Assembly: GCA_964502615.1 (NCBI GenBank)
Contig: CAZCXF010000002.1
Span: forward strand, 24,236-88,235
Source: an uncultured Candidatus Saccharibacteria bacterium
GTDB taxonomy: Bacteria > Patescibacteriota > Minisyncoccia > Phycocordibacterales > UBA9973
Direction: 5' to 3'
DNA length: 64,000 nucleotides
In this document: positions 50,501-58,494 of the stretch, in pieces
How positions within the stretch are numbered: position 1 is the first letter of the stretch
How the letters are laid out: every line of letters begins with the position of its first letter
Notes under the pieces: generated by a model
Databases searched by the model: none
What the model saw: only the letters and a program-made list of their open reading frames with translations
Told to the model about the DNA's origin: nothing
Position numbers and translations under genes: made by a program

Positions 50501-51924
50501 TAGATACAAACGTAGATGCAGGTGCGTATGCCCTTCAAGTAGTGGGTAATGAATATTTTGCCATGTCATCAAATACTGCTCTTGGTTTCAATGCAAACGA
50601 TGGCACCAATAACTATTTAGTTATAAATACCCAAACTGGTACTAGTGCAATATCACGATTCACTTTATCTGGAACAGCACCTACTATTGCATCGGCTGCT
50701 GGAACTCAATTTATTAATAATACCGAAACTCCTGGTACCTATAATGTCACAGGTACAACAAACATTACTGGTACTGGTACTTCTTCAAATATAGGCTCAC
50801 TTTATAATCAGTTGACTATAAATGGCAATAATACCTTAACTGTTTCTGAATCTTCGAATTTACTGATTAATGGTGCAGTAAAAGCATCCTCATCTTCTGG
50901 AACTTTAACTATTACCAACTCGTATGGATTAAATATTTTAGCTGGCTCTGCTCTTAATGGAACAAATGGTGTTGTTACAAACGGATATGGTCTTTCTGTA
51001 AACGCCCCAACAGGTGCAACAAACAATTACTCAGCCGTATTTAGCGGAGGTAATGTTGGAATTAAAAATACAGCTCCAGGTTTTGCGCTACATGTCGGCT
51101 CTTCTGCTATTACCGATGCCACAACTCTTATTCGTCTTGAAGACGCGAACTCAACTTGTGATTTCAATGCAAACGCAGGTGGTCCAACTTGTGGATCTGA
51201 TATAACGCTTAAGAAAGATATAACTTCTCTAGATACCGTTGACCTTCTCACAAAGATCGCAGCTCTAAATCCAGTCTCATATAGATGGCTTACTCAAGGG
51301 GAGATGGATCCACTACAATATGGATTTATCGCTCAAGAAGTTGAAGCGCAATTCCCGGATTTGGTTAGTGAACATAAATGGATTGATGGCTCAAATAAAA
51401 AATTCTTAAACATGAGCGGTCTCGTACCTTACGCAATAGGCGCGATAAAAGAACTAAATATAAAAATCCAAGGTTTTTCATCACTCGATACATCTAATAC
51501 TAACTCGGTTGGTTATCTTATGAAAAATTTCTTGGCTGATATAAGTAACAGTGTAGTTGATCTTTATGCAAAAGTTATTCACTCAGATAAATCAGTTACA
51601 AAGCAATTGTGTGTTGCAGATGATAGCGGGGCTGAAACTTGTATCACTAAAGCCCAATTGGATAACCTATTACAGAATCAAATAACTAATGGCGGTAATG
51701 GTGGGGGAGGTAATCCACCTATAAATCCACCAACAGATATTTGTCCAAACATCGACGGAGATCAAAGTGCTTTGCCTGAGGGAATGCATCTAGACGAGAG
51801 TTATAACTGCGTAGCTGATAACAATACTACTCCACCGACGAATGATAATACAGGAAATACAAACAATGGAACCCCTCCAAGCGATAGCGCAACTCCTCCA
51901 CCAGGCGATCAACCACAACCTTAA
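47590..51924 (+). CDS. Giant (1444 aa) secreted Gly/Thr/Ser/Asn-rich fibre-like protein with a C-terminal peptidase-S74 intramolecular chaperone (tailspike/endosialidase-type autoprocessing) domain and a Pro/Thr-rich tail
   Basis: Signal peptide (ILSIFLVIFVSPHTVLA|ANP). About 1100 aa of low-complexity beta-rich repeats (LGIGTNTP, NVGIKNTAPG-type motifs). Near the C-terminus, GSDITLKKDITSLDTVDLLTKIAALNPVSYRWL...YGFIAQEVEAQFPDLV...LVPYAIGAIKELNIKIQ matches the S-D-x-x-L-K...SYxxK...GFIAQEV...LV...AIKEL consensus of the chaperone-of-endosialidase domain. Confidence 0.7.
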   Translation: MYIGLFASSYFMINKKFKKIISSIYSKIILSIFLVIFVSPHTVLAANPLSNFGHSLWDVYNNYIVQPLSKGVSLFFIEYPVKSDPVFIVRTSPQPKKNNSETEKVNYISGANSVTYITNNYPTTTIYQNTSSGGGGGGNVDTSLFVEKSLYNGQILTIFDRIGKSISNLATTLKESITTSTLNITGNATIGGNLTITGNIIGNVVGTINPSFTLGSVPFQGATGLSQDNSNFFWDVTNHRLGIGTNTPTTALDVVGSGNINAINGLIQLGDFTEMSGATWFKIDDGSTTIRAKAASGIIFNNNLSIGKNAAPSVALDVVGDISSLTSSGTAGINTQTDITDIGDWQSNGNGTKVSVNNSSNRISLSSADVRVSSLSGTGTRAVVADASGILSTSGSIPTSLTQGSVVFAGSGGVLSQDNANVYFDDTANEFRIGSNTDLGTYSLQVTGGIRVDGTAANEVQFTGNNSFNPGFVFNGSSSNTHMYTFDSQNLSTSTGGQTVFTNSFLQLSGTSYIQPYQQNLRVIRTYPGTGTANTLEVDNTTENAVPGTYRIALFKLSGVDKAFIDQTGGAWFNGNVGVGTSGPNYKLEVIGTFRTSGNALFGTNTSSGTTTPENISLGGTYGSNTAGNVGNLKIDLYNDGTSNRSGFGISANKLEYQTPTSTVHAFYVGGNLIQSIDDNSVLIKSGLFSTSTYAQRIGNLLTQNYQSNNTTIVDNAYYNGTSWTRLATGYASGIQMYNGHLMMVAGATGTGTFTPTYPFKANSAGTVGIGGDGGNVANTFTGNTLVATSSGVGITTTVSTGTGSTAGVQILANSLTTGNGLEVSSSSVTTGNLVSLSSTSTSAASNTQTVLNVSTSGANPINQTTYGGYFSNTHTGTNSVNTAIYATASGGSSNYAANFGAALLMSATTPCISFQLGTCASSDNFINRNGTVVTVQGSGGTTLSVGGTAYLDAVTSKVRMFSAGSGEVQIDTNVDAGAYALQVVGNEYFAMSSNTALGFNANDGTNNYLVINTQTGTSAISRFTLSGTAPTIASAAGTQFINNTETPGTYNVTGTTNITGTGTSSNIGSLYNQLTINGNNTLTVSESSNLLINGAVKASSSSGTLTITNSYGLNILAGSALNGTNGVVTNGYGLSVNAPTGATNNYSAVFSGGNVGIKNTAPGFALHVGSSAITDATTLIRLEDANSTCDFNANAGGPTCGSDITLKKDITSLDTVDLLTKIAALNPVSYRWLTQGEMDPLQYGFIAQEVEAQFPDLVSEHKWIDGSNKKFLNMSGLVPYAIGAIKELNIKIQGFSSLDTSNTNSVGYLMKNFLADISNSVVDLYAKVIHSDKSVTKQLCVADDSGAETCITKAQLDNLLQNQITNGGNGGGGNPPINPPTDICPNIDGDQSALPEGMHLDESYNCVADNNTTPPTNDNTGNTNNGTPPSDSATPPPGDQPQP

Positions 51925-51929
51925 GGTTT

Positions 51930-51958
51930 TTGACAAAAAGCCTTATATTTGTTAGTAT
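51930..51958 (+). promoter_or_regulatory. Sigma70-like promoter for the rpsF operon (TTGACA-17-TAGTAT)
   Basis: TTGACA at 51930-51935, a 17-nt spacer, and TAGTAT at 51953-51958. Confidence 0.5.
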
Positions 51959-52061
51959 ATTCGAACGTTCCATTTGTCCCGACCCTGAAGTCGGTACACA
52001 CAGGTCCATAATGGAACAGTATTATAAATTAGAATTATTGCGTATTTAAGCGCTTTTACAA

Positions 52062-52559
52062 ATGCCAAAAGTAAAAAAAGAGGTAAAGGAAGTAGAGAGT
52101 AAAGAAGAAGTTAAAATGGGTGTCTATGAGGTTGGATACATAATGGTTCCAACAATTGCAGAAGAAGGTCTTGGGGCTGAAGTTACAGCTTTCAAAGATA
52201 CTCTCCTAGAGCATGGGGTAACATTTATTTCTGATGAATACCCTAAGATGATTGAACTTGCATATGAGATGTCTCGTTCTATCGCTAACAAAAAACAAAA
52301 GTTTTCTTATGGTTATTTTGGTTGGGTTAAGTTTGAATGTACAGGAGCTCAGGCAAAAGTTATTAAAGATCTTCTTGATAAGAACGAGAAGCTAGTTAGA
52401 TATCTTTTGATCAAAACTGTACGCGAGAATACAATGTCTCCAAAACGTACATTTAGTAAGCCTGAAGGTATGAAAAGAAAGTTTACTCCAAAAGAGGAAG
52501 TTTCTACTCCGATAAACGAAGAAGTTATCGACAAAGAAATTGATGCACTTGTAGTATAA
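52062..52559 (+). CDS. rpsF: 30S ribosomal protein S6 (with a charged C-terminal extension); alternative start at 52116 (MGVYEVGYIM)
   Basis: S6 core YEVGYIMVP...EEGLGAEVTAF, followed by ssb and rpsR in the conserved order. Confidence 0.8.
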   Translation: MPKVKKEVKEVESKEEVKMGVYEVGYIMVPTIAEEGLGAEVTAFKDTLLEHGVTFISDEYPKMIELAYEMSRSIANKKQKFSYGYFGWVKFECTGAQAKVIKDLLDKNEKLVRYLLIKTVRENTMSPKRTFSKPEGMKRKFTPKEEVSTPINEEVIDKEIDALVV

Positions 52560-52593
52560 TAAGGTCATTAATAGTCTAACTATTTAAACAAAT

Positions 52594-53040
52594 ATGTATC
52601 TAAACAAAGCGTTAATAATAGGGAATCTAACTCGTGATCCAGAGCTTAAAGCAATCCCTTCAGGAATAAAGGTTTGTAGTTTCTCTGTAGCCACTAATCG
52701 CGTTTGGAAAGACAAAAATGGCGCTAAACAAGAAGCTGCTGATTACCACAATATTGTAGTATTTGGTCGCCAAGCTGAAACTGTTGCTCAATATATGAAG
52801 AAAGGTTCACAGGTTATGATTGAAGGCCGTATGCAAACAAGAAGCTGGGATGACGCAGGAACTGGCACTAAAAAATACCGCACTGAAGTTATTGCAGACC
52901 GGGTTCAATTTGGAAGTAACACTGGTGGTGGAAGTGGAACAAAAACATCTACTTCTAGTGCACCTAAAGAAGAAGATGATTCGTTAGATACGATTGAATA
53001 TCCAGAAGAGCAAATAAATGCAGAAGATATTCCTTTTTAG
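52594..53040 (+). CDS. ssb: Single-stranded DNA-binding protein
   Basis: OB-fold N-terminus (LNKALIIGNLTRDPEL), Gly-rich linker, and the acidic C-terminal tip ...EDIPF. Confidence 0.9.
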   Translation: MYLNKALIIGNLTRDPELKAIPSGIKVCSFSVATNRVWKDKNGAKQEAADYHNIVVFGRQAETVAQYMKKGSQVMIEGRMQTRSWDDAGTGTKKYRTEVIADRVQFGSNTGGGSGTKTSTSSAPKEEDDSLDTIEYPEEQINAEDIPF

Positions 53041-53069
53041 AAATTAGTAAAATTAAGAATTAATAAATC

Positions 53070-53270
53070 ATGAAACAAGATTATTTCTCATCAAACAATA
53101 TAAAACACATAGATTATAAAGACGTTGAATTACTAAAACGATTTCTAGCACCATCTGCTCGTATGATGTCACGCAATCGTACAGATGTTATAGCAAAGAA
53201 TCAACGCAAGCTATCTCTTGCTGTAAAAAGAGCTCGCTTCATGGGACTACTTCCTTACATAGCAAAATAA
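53070..53270 (+). CDS. rpsR: 30S ribosomal protein S18
   Basis: IDYKDVELLKRF...KRARFMGLLPY S18 signature. Confidence 0.85.
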   Translation: MKQDYFSSNNIKHIDYKDVELLKRFLAPSARMMSRNRTDVIAKNQRKLSLAVKRARFMGLLPYIAK

Positions 53271-53273
53271 TGA

Positions 53274-53299
53274 AAAACCCCCTATAATAGGGGGTTTTT
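53274..53299 (+). terminator. Rho-independent terminator after rpsR
   Basis: AAAAACCCCCTATAATAGGGGGTTTTTC. Confidence 0.75.
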
Positions 53300-53449
53300 C
53301 ATAGGTTGACTTTTGTCCTAAAATGTGATATAGTTTAAACGAATAGTCTTTGAAATAAAGGGTTTTTTGAGTATAGAACTTTAATCTCAAGATATTAATA
53401 CTAGAGTTTAAAATTCTCTACTCAAATTTTAAAACTTAAACCCTCAGCA

Positions 53450-54607
53450 ATGAAAAAGAATTTTTTCTCCCTGGTTGCTACCTTTGTAGCTGTAACAATT
53501 TTTTCCTTAACAAGTTGCAAAAAATGCCCCTTGGAAGGAGATGGTAGTGGCAACAACAAGACCCAAAAAGTTATCATCAGTCCGTCTCCGAATACTCCGG
53601 TGGCAGGATATGTAACTGTGAACAATACCGCCAACACAAATGGAATAGTGCTTTTAAGATTCAACGAAAAAGTAACTTCCAAAGACGGTGTAAACAAAAA
53701 AATACCAATCCACATTTCCTCACAGGGTGCAACTGTCTCAAAGATTGTGAATATTGTAAAGTTGTACCGCGGCCCGAATCTTATTGATGCGATAGATGGT
53801 TCTCTGGGATACGCAATCGCAACTGATGGCAGTATTACCAATAACCCGGTTCCAACAACTGGTTCAAACGAGACTGGCTACATCTTCAACAACATATCTT
53901 CGCCATCTGGAAACATTTTGGCGGACTCAACAGTTGAGTTTACAATTGTTGTGGATGTTAAATCAGCAAACGGCAATTATCCGGATTTAAGCAGCCTAAA
54001 GGTTTCAATTGCAAATCCTGACGTATTATTACCAGCAAACCTATCCATATTGAATAATAATGGAGATCAAATACCCGCTGGTCCTAATTACCGCTCTGGT
54101 GAAGCAATCGGTTTCAGCCAAACTTTACAGTTGAATTGTTTACAAGTAATCATGGGAACTTCAACTTACACCAACACTGTTGATGTAAGTGGAAATATAA
54201 CATCTGTTACGTACACCATACCTATTACTGTAACTACTTGTAATACGATTTATATTGGTCAATCTGCTCAATATAATTCTGTAACAACCGGGACAAATTC
54301 CTTTTCATTTGCATTCAATAATTCAGCAGCGCCAACAGTAGATGATTTGTCCTGTGGTGAAAATCACACACTCTCATCATCTGATGCTGTTATTCAGGGC
54401 TCAGCCTTCCGCCTTGATGCTGGTACAACAAAGCATTTTCAATTAACTGTTGTTTTAAGCACTCCATCCGTGTTGAACAGTCAATACAGAGTGCATTTAA
54501 AGCAATTAAAGACATTTACAGATGGTCTTTTGACAACAGGCGCAGTATCTGTGAATCTTATTCCAGCTTCAAGTTTCCAGACCGAATACCGGCTGATCAA
54601 TAATTAA
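53450..54607 (+). CDS. Exported lipoprotein (lipobox LTSC), beta-rich, hypothetical; gene has elevated GC (~42-45%)
   Basis: MKKNFFSLVATFVAVTIFSLTSCKK gives a signal peptidase II site. A Thr/Asn/Ser-rich beta domain follows. GC is higher than in the adjacent rpsR and rsuA-like genes. Confidence 0.55.
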   Translation: MKKNFFSLVATFVAVTIFSLTSCKKCPLEGDGSGNNKTQKVIISPSPNTPVAGYVTVNNTANTNGIVLLRFNEKVTSKDGVNKKIPIHISSQGATVSKIVNIVKLYRGPNLIDAIDGSLGYAIATDGSITNNPVPTTGSNETGYIFNNISSPSGNILADSTVEFTIVVDVKSANGNYPDLSSLKVSIANPDVLLPANLSILNNNGDQIPAGPNYRSGEAIGFSQTLQLNCLQVIMGTSTYTNTVDVSGNITSVTYTIPITVTTCNTIYIGQSAQYNSVTTGTNSFSFAFNNSAAPTVDDLSCGENHTLSSSDAVIQGSAFRLDAGTTKHFQLTVVLSTPSVLNSQYRVHLKQLKTFTDGLLTTGAVSVNLIPASSFQTEYRLINN

Positions 54608-54623
54608 TTTCCTCTACAACGGG

Positions 54624-54654
54624 GAAGCCATCCTGCATTGCAGGATGGCTTTTT
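54624..54654. terminator. GC-rich bidirectional terminator between the lipoprotein gene and the pseudouridine synthase gene
   Basis: AAGCCATCCTGCA-ttg-CAGGATGGCTTTTTT. Confidence 0.7.
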
Positions 54655-55361
54655 TATTTAAGGCTAAGAGATTTTAATAATTGATCGAGTTCTTTTCCTT
54701 TTATTTCTTCAAATTCTCCAAATGGGATTTTACCAAGTTCAATATTCATAATACGGATTCGTCGAAGGTCTATAACTTTGTGATGTAGAGCTTCACACAT
54801 ACGACGAATTTGGCGTTTCTTACCCTCGGTTAAAATTATATGGAAAGTATCTTTATTTTTTCTCCAGACTTTACATTTTTTACTCAAGAATCCATCGAAT
54901 TTTACACCATTTGCCATGAGTTCTAAAAATTTATCAGAAAATGCTGGCTCCACTCGGACTACATATTCTTTCTCATGGACATACTTAGGGGAGAGAAGTC
55001 TGTCTGTAACACGGCCATCATTGGTCATTATAATAAGTCCGTGGGAATCTTTATCAAGTCTGCCAACAGGGAATACTTTTACTGGGAATTTTGTAACTTT
55101 TAATATGTCTTTACTTTTTGGGTCAGGGTTTGTTGATATGCCCATAGCTTTGTTGTAAGCATAATATACATATTCATTTTGTTTCCTTTTACTATCTACA
55201 ATAACTTTATCACCTTTCTCTACTTTATCACCCAAAACCGCCTTGCGATTATTTATAGTTACTAATCCTTTTTTAATAAGCTCGTCTGCTCCAGTACGAG
55301 TTGCATAGTTATGCATTGCGAGATATTTATTTATTCTGATTGGGTATTTCTGTTGGTCCAT
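54654..55361 (-). CDS. RsuA/RluB-family pseudouridine synthase (S4 domain + catalytic domain)
   Basis: N-terminal S4 RNA-binding motif and catalytic GRLDKDSHGLIIMTNDG. Confidence 0.8.
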   Translation of the reverse strand: MDQQKYPIRINKYLAMHNYATRTGADELIKKGLVTINNRKAVLGDKVEKGDKVIVDSKRKQNEYVYYAYNKAMGISTNPDPKSKDILKVTKFPVKVFPVGRLDKDSHGLIIMTNDGRVTDRLLSPKYVHEKEYVVRVEPAFSDKFLELMANGVKFDGFLSKKCKVWRKNKDTFHIILTEGKKRQIRRMCEALHHKVIDLRRIRIMNIELGKIPFGEFEEIKGKELDQLLKSLSLK

Positions 55362-56511
55362 GAGAATGTTTTAGCTTCGTTACATAGTAGATTCCAATTA
55401 AAACAAATAAACTAAGTATTAGGAATAAAGATTTAAATGGTAAGAATGCAAATATTAAACTACCAAGAAGTGGCGCTATAACATAAGAAAGGGGTGTCAT
55501 ATCTCTAAATATTCCTAGTAAATATGCTTCCTCTTCTTTAACGTGAGTGAAAAAGTATATTTCCGAAGTTGTTTCAACTATACTTGCTCCAACTCTAGTC
55601 AAAAATAGAACCAAAGCCCAAACAGCAATATTTAAGGTGCTTATTTTTGTAATATAAAATGTAGATACCGCCATAATAATTAGTCCAATGAACAATAAAT
55701 TTCTTTTTTTGATATGATATTTATCAATTAGAATTCCTACAGGTAATCCAAATATCACAAATGGTGCCAGCATAAATGTAAATATAATACCGATCTGATC
55801 CCAATTAAATCCAAGATGTTGGTTTAAGTATATTGGTGTGTAAACAACCATCCAAGAAAAGAAAAATTGTAGAATAAAGTTGATTAACACAATAGCAAGC
55901 ATATGAGGGTTGGTTTTTAAATACGCATATGCTTTCATAAAAGGTGTTTTTACATAAGTCCTATCTTTAAATTTTTTAACTGAGAAAAGTAGAACCAATG
56001 TTGCAAGTAGTGTAGTTATTAGTGCAATTATGTATATCAAAACATAACCACCTTTTGTAACTAAAAGCCCAGTTATAAGAGGGGATATCATCCAAGCTGC
56101 ACTCGTTATTGTTAGATAGAGCCCTCTCGTTTTACCTATGGTTTTTGGATCACCAAAATGTTCAATAAATATATCAATACAAAAAAATACCAATACATTT
56201 GTGGTTATAAATGATACGAAAGATGATCCTATGACAAGAGAGTTGGTAGATGTTATTAAGCCTACCAAAGACAACATATTTATTACTAAAAGCCATATGA
56301 CTAGTTTCCTGTTACCAAGGTTCTTTAAGATCCCTGCACTATATGCAAGTAGTATAAGTGTTATAAGGGATCCAATAGTATATAGAAGACCGACATATTT
56401 CTCGCTTATAAACTTAGTCAAAAATGTAGAATTAACATATGCAGATAAAGATATGTGTAGGGTAAACAGGAATGATAAAACGTACATTCTGTTGATCTTT
56501 GTTAATTTCAT
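55327..56511 (-). CDS. MFS transporter
   Basis: Twelve predicted TM helices. Confidence 0.55.
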   Translation of the reverse strand: MKLTKINRMYVLSFLFTLHISLSAYVNSTFLTKFISEKYVGLLYTIGSLITLILLAYSAGILKNLGNRKLVIWLLVINMLSLVGLITSTNSLVIGSSFVSFITTNVLVFFCIDIFIEHFGDPKTIGKTRGLYLTITSAAWMISPLITGLLVTKGGYVLIYIIALITTLLATLVLLFSVKKFKDRTYVKTPFMKAYAYLKTNPHMLAIVLINFILQFFFSWMVVYTPIYLNQHLGFNWDQIGIIFTFMLAPFVIFGLPVGILIDKYHIKKRNLLFIGLIIMAVSTFYITKISTLNIAVWALVLFLTRVGASIVETTSEIYFFTHVKEEEAYLLGIFRDMTPLSYVIAPLLGSLIFAFLPFKSLFLILSLFVLIGIYYVTKLKHSHGPTEIPNQNK

Positions 56512-56517
56512 ATATAT

Positions 56518-58488
56518 TTAGACACTTAATAATACTGGTATAACCAGAGGTCTCTTAGCTGTTTTTTGATACAAGAATTTTGAAATATTATCTCCTAGAT
56601 TAGTTTTTATGATGTCAAAATTAATTGGATGCATGCCTCTTGCTCCATCTTCAATAGTTTTTTTAATTATTAGTCTTACTTGATGAAGGAGCTCTTGATT
56701 TTCTTTTAGATAGATAAATCCACGAGATATTATATCTGGAGATTTTCTAAGTTTTCCGGTTGTAGAATCTATGGTTGCGATAAGAACAAACATACCATCT
56801 TGAGCAAGCATTTGCCTGTCTCTTATAACTACATCCTGTTCATCTCCAACTGAAAATCCATCCACCATCATAGGTCCTGAAGGGGCTTTTTCTTTGCGGA
56901 CAGTAATCTTTTCACCGTTATCAACTATTTCTATAATTGACCCGTTGTCTGGAACAACAATGTTTTCTTCAGGCATTCCCAGCGACATCGCAAGTTCTTT
57001 ATGTCTTACTAGCATTGAATGCCATCCGTGGATAGGTATAAAGAATTTTGGGTGAGTTTTTTTATGAAGCCATTTTATATCTTCTTGGTTGCCGTGACCA
57101 GTAGCGTGAATTGTCTCTTCAGATGTTCGGTAACTTATTATACGTACTCCGTGACGGGCTAGATTGTCTTTGAGGTGTTGAACTGATATTTCGTTACCAG
57201 GAACAATAGATGCAGAAAGAATAATAGTATCACCTTTTCTAATTGTGAATTTTTTGTGAGTTTTATTAGCTGCACGATTTAATGATGCAAATTCTTCACC
57301 TTGAGCTCCTGTCATTAAGACTATTACTTTATTTGGGGGATAGTTGTCTACTTCTTCTACAGGGATAACAGTTCCTTTTTTAGGTTTAAACAGTCCTGCT
57401 TGTTCACAGACTTCCATATTGGTCTTTAGCGATCTTCCATCGAGGACTATTTTTTTACCCAATCCTTCAGCAATTTCAACTATTTTAACTAAGCGAGTTA
57501 TATGTGAAGCGAAAGCAGCAATGATTATTCTTCCAGAGCATTGTTTAATAAGTTTATCCAATCCTTCATGCACTCTAACTTCAGGAACTGCATAGCCTTC
57601 ATTTTCAATATTTGTAGAATCAGTAAGAAGACATAAAACTTTTTCTTTATCAAAAAAAGCGTATTCTTTTTCTTCAGCGTCGGTTACTTTTCCATCTATT
57701 TGATCTAGTTTATAGTCTCCAGGAGTAACTATTGATCCATAAGGAGTTTCTACTATTATTCCCATTGAATCTGGAACAGTGTGAGTAACTCCAAAAAATC
57801 GTATTCTTATTTCACCTGCATAAATTACAGAATCTTTTTCTACTATTTGTGTATTGAGAGGAGGTAAATGAGGGAATTCTTCTTGACGCTTTTTCATCAA
57901 TAGAATTGATAGATTTCTAGAATATAGGGGAGGATTTCCTATTCTACTCATAACAAGAGGTATACCACCAATATGGTCTAGGTGGCCGTGAGTCACGATC
58001 ATAGCTCTAATTTTATCTTTTCTTTCTTCAAGGTAAGTAGTATTTGGTATTATGTAATCGATTCCTGGAGTATCTTCAGTTTTAAATTGCATTCCAGCAT
58101 CTATAACTATAATATCGTTGCCAATTTCGATAGCTGTCATGTTTTTTCCTATTTCTTCAACTCCTCCGAGTGGAATTATTCGAACTACTCCTTCTGCTGG
58201 TGGGGGAATTAGGTGAGTTTTTCTTCTAGGAGCAACTTGAGTTGTGTTTTCAGGTTGAGCTTGAGGTTTAGGGCGTCTACCGCCTTTATTACTACCATAT
58301 TGGTAACTACCTCTACTGCCTCGATTAGAGGTAGAGTTCGTTTTCTGTTGGCCATGATGGGGGCTACTTTTTGTATTTGTTTGAGTACTTTGAGTTACTG
58401 TATTTGGTTTGTGCATTGTACGCACAGAACTTTGTTTGCTGTGGAAACGGTTATTTCTAGGTTTTCCACTTGAGTGTGTTTGATTCAT
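56518..58488 (-). CDS. rnj: Ribonuclease J (beta-CASP metallo-beta-lactamase RNase) with ~100-aa basic low-complexity N-terminal extension
   Basis: HGHLDHIGG metal-binding motif, beta-CASP and C-terminal domain. The N-terminal 100 aa are rich in K/R/S/T/Q/N/G. Confidence 0.85.
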   Translation of the reverse strand: MNQTHSSGKPRNNRFHSKQSSVRTMHKPNTVTQSTQTNTKSSPHHGQQKTNSTSNRGSRGSYQYGSNKGGRRPKPQAQPENTTQVAPRRKTHLIPPPAEGVVRIIPLGGVEEIGKNMTAIEIGNDIIVIDAGMQFKTEDTPGIDYIIPNTTYLEERKDKIRAMIVTHGHLDHIGGIPLVMSRIGNPPLYSRNLSILLMKKRQEEFPHLPPLNTQIVEKDSVIYAGEIRIRFFGVTHTVPDSMGIIVETPYGSIVTPGDYKLDQIDGKVTDAEEKEYAFFDKEKVLCLLTDSTNIENEGYAVPEVRVHEGLDKLIKQCSGRIIIAAFASHITRLVKIVEIAEGLGKKIVLDGRSLKTNMEVCEQAGLFKPKKGTVIPVEEVDNYPPNKVIVLMTGAQGEEFASLNRAANKTHKKFTIRKGDTIILSASIVPGNEISVQHLKDNLARHGVRIISYRTSEETIHATGHGNQEDIKWLHKKTHPKFFIPIHGWHSMLVRHKELAMSLGMPEENIVVPDNGSIIEIVDNGEKITVRKEKAPSGPMMVDGFSVGDEQDVVIRDRQMLAQDGMFVLIATIDSTTGKLRKSPDIISRGFIYLKENQELLHQVRLIIKKTIEDGARGMHPINFDIIKTNLGDNISKFLYQKTAKRPLVIPVLLSV

Positions 58489-58494
58489 ATATTA

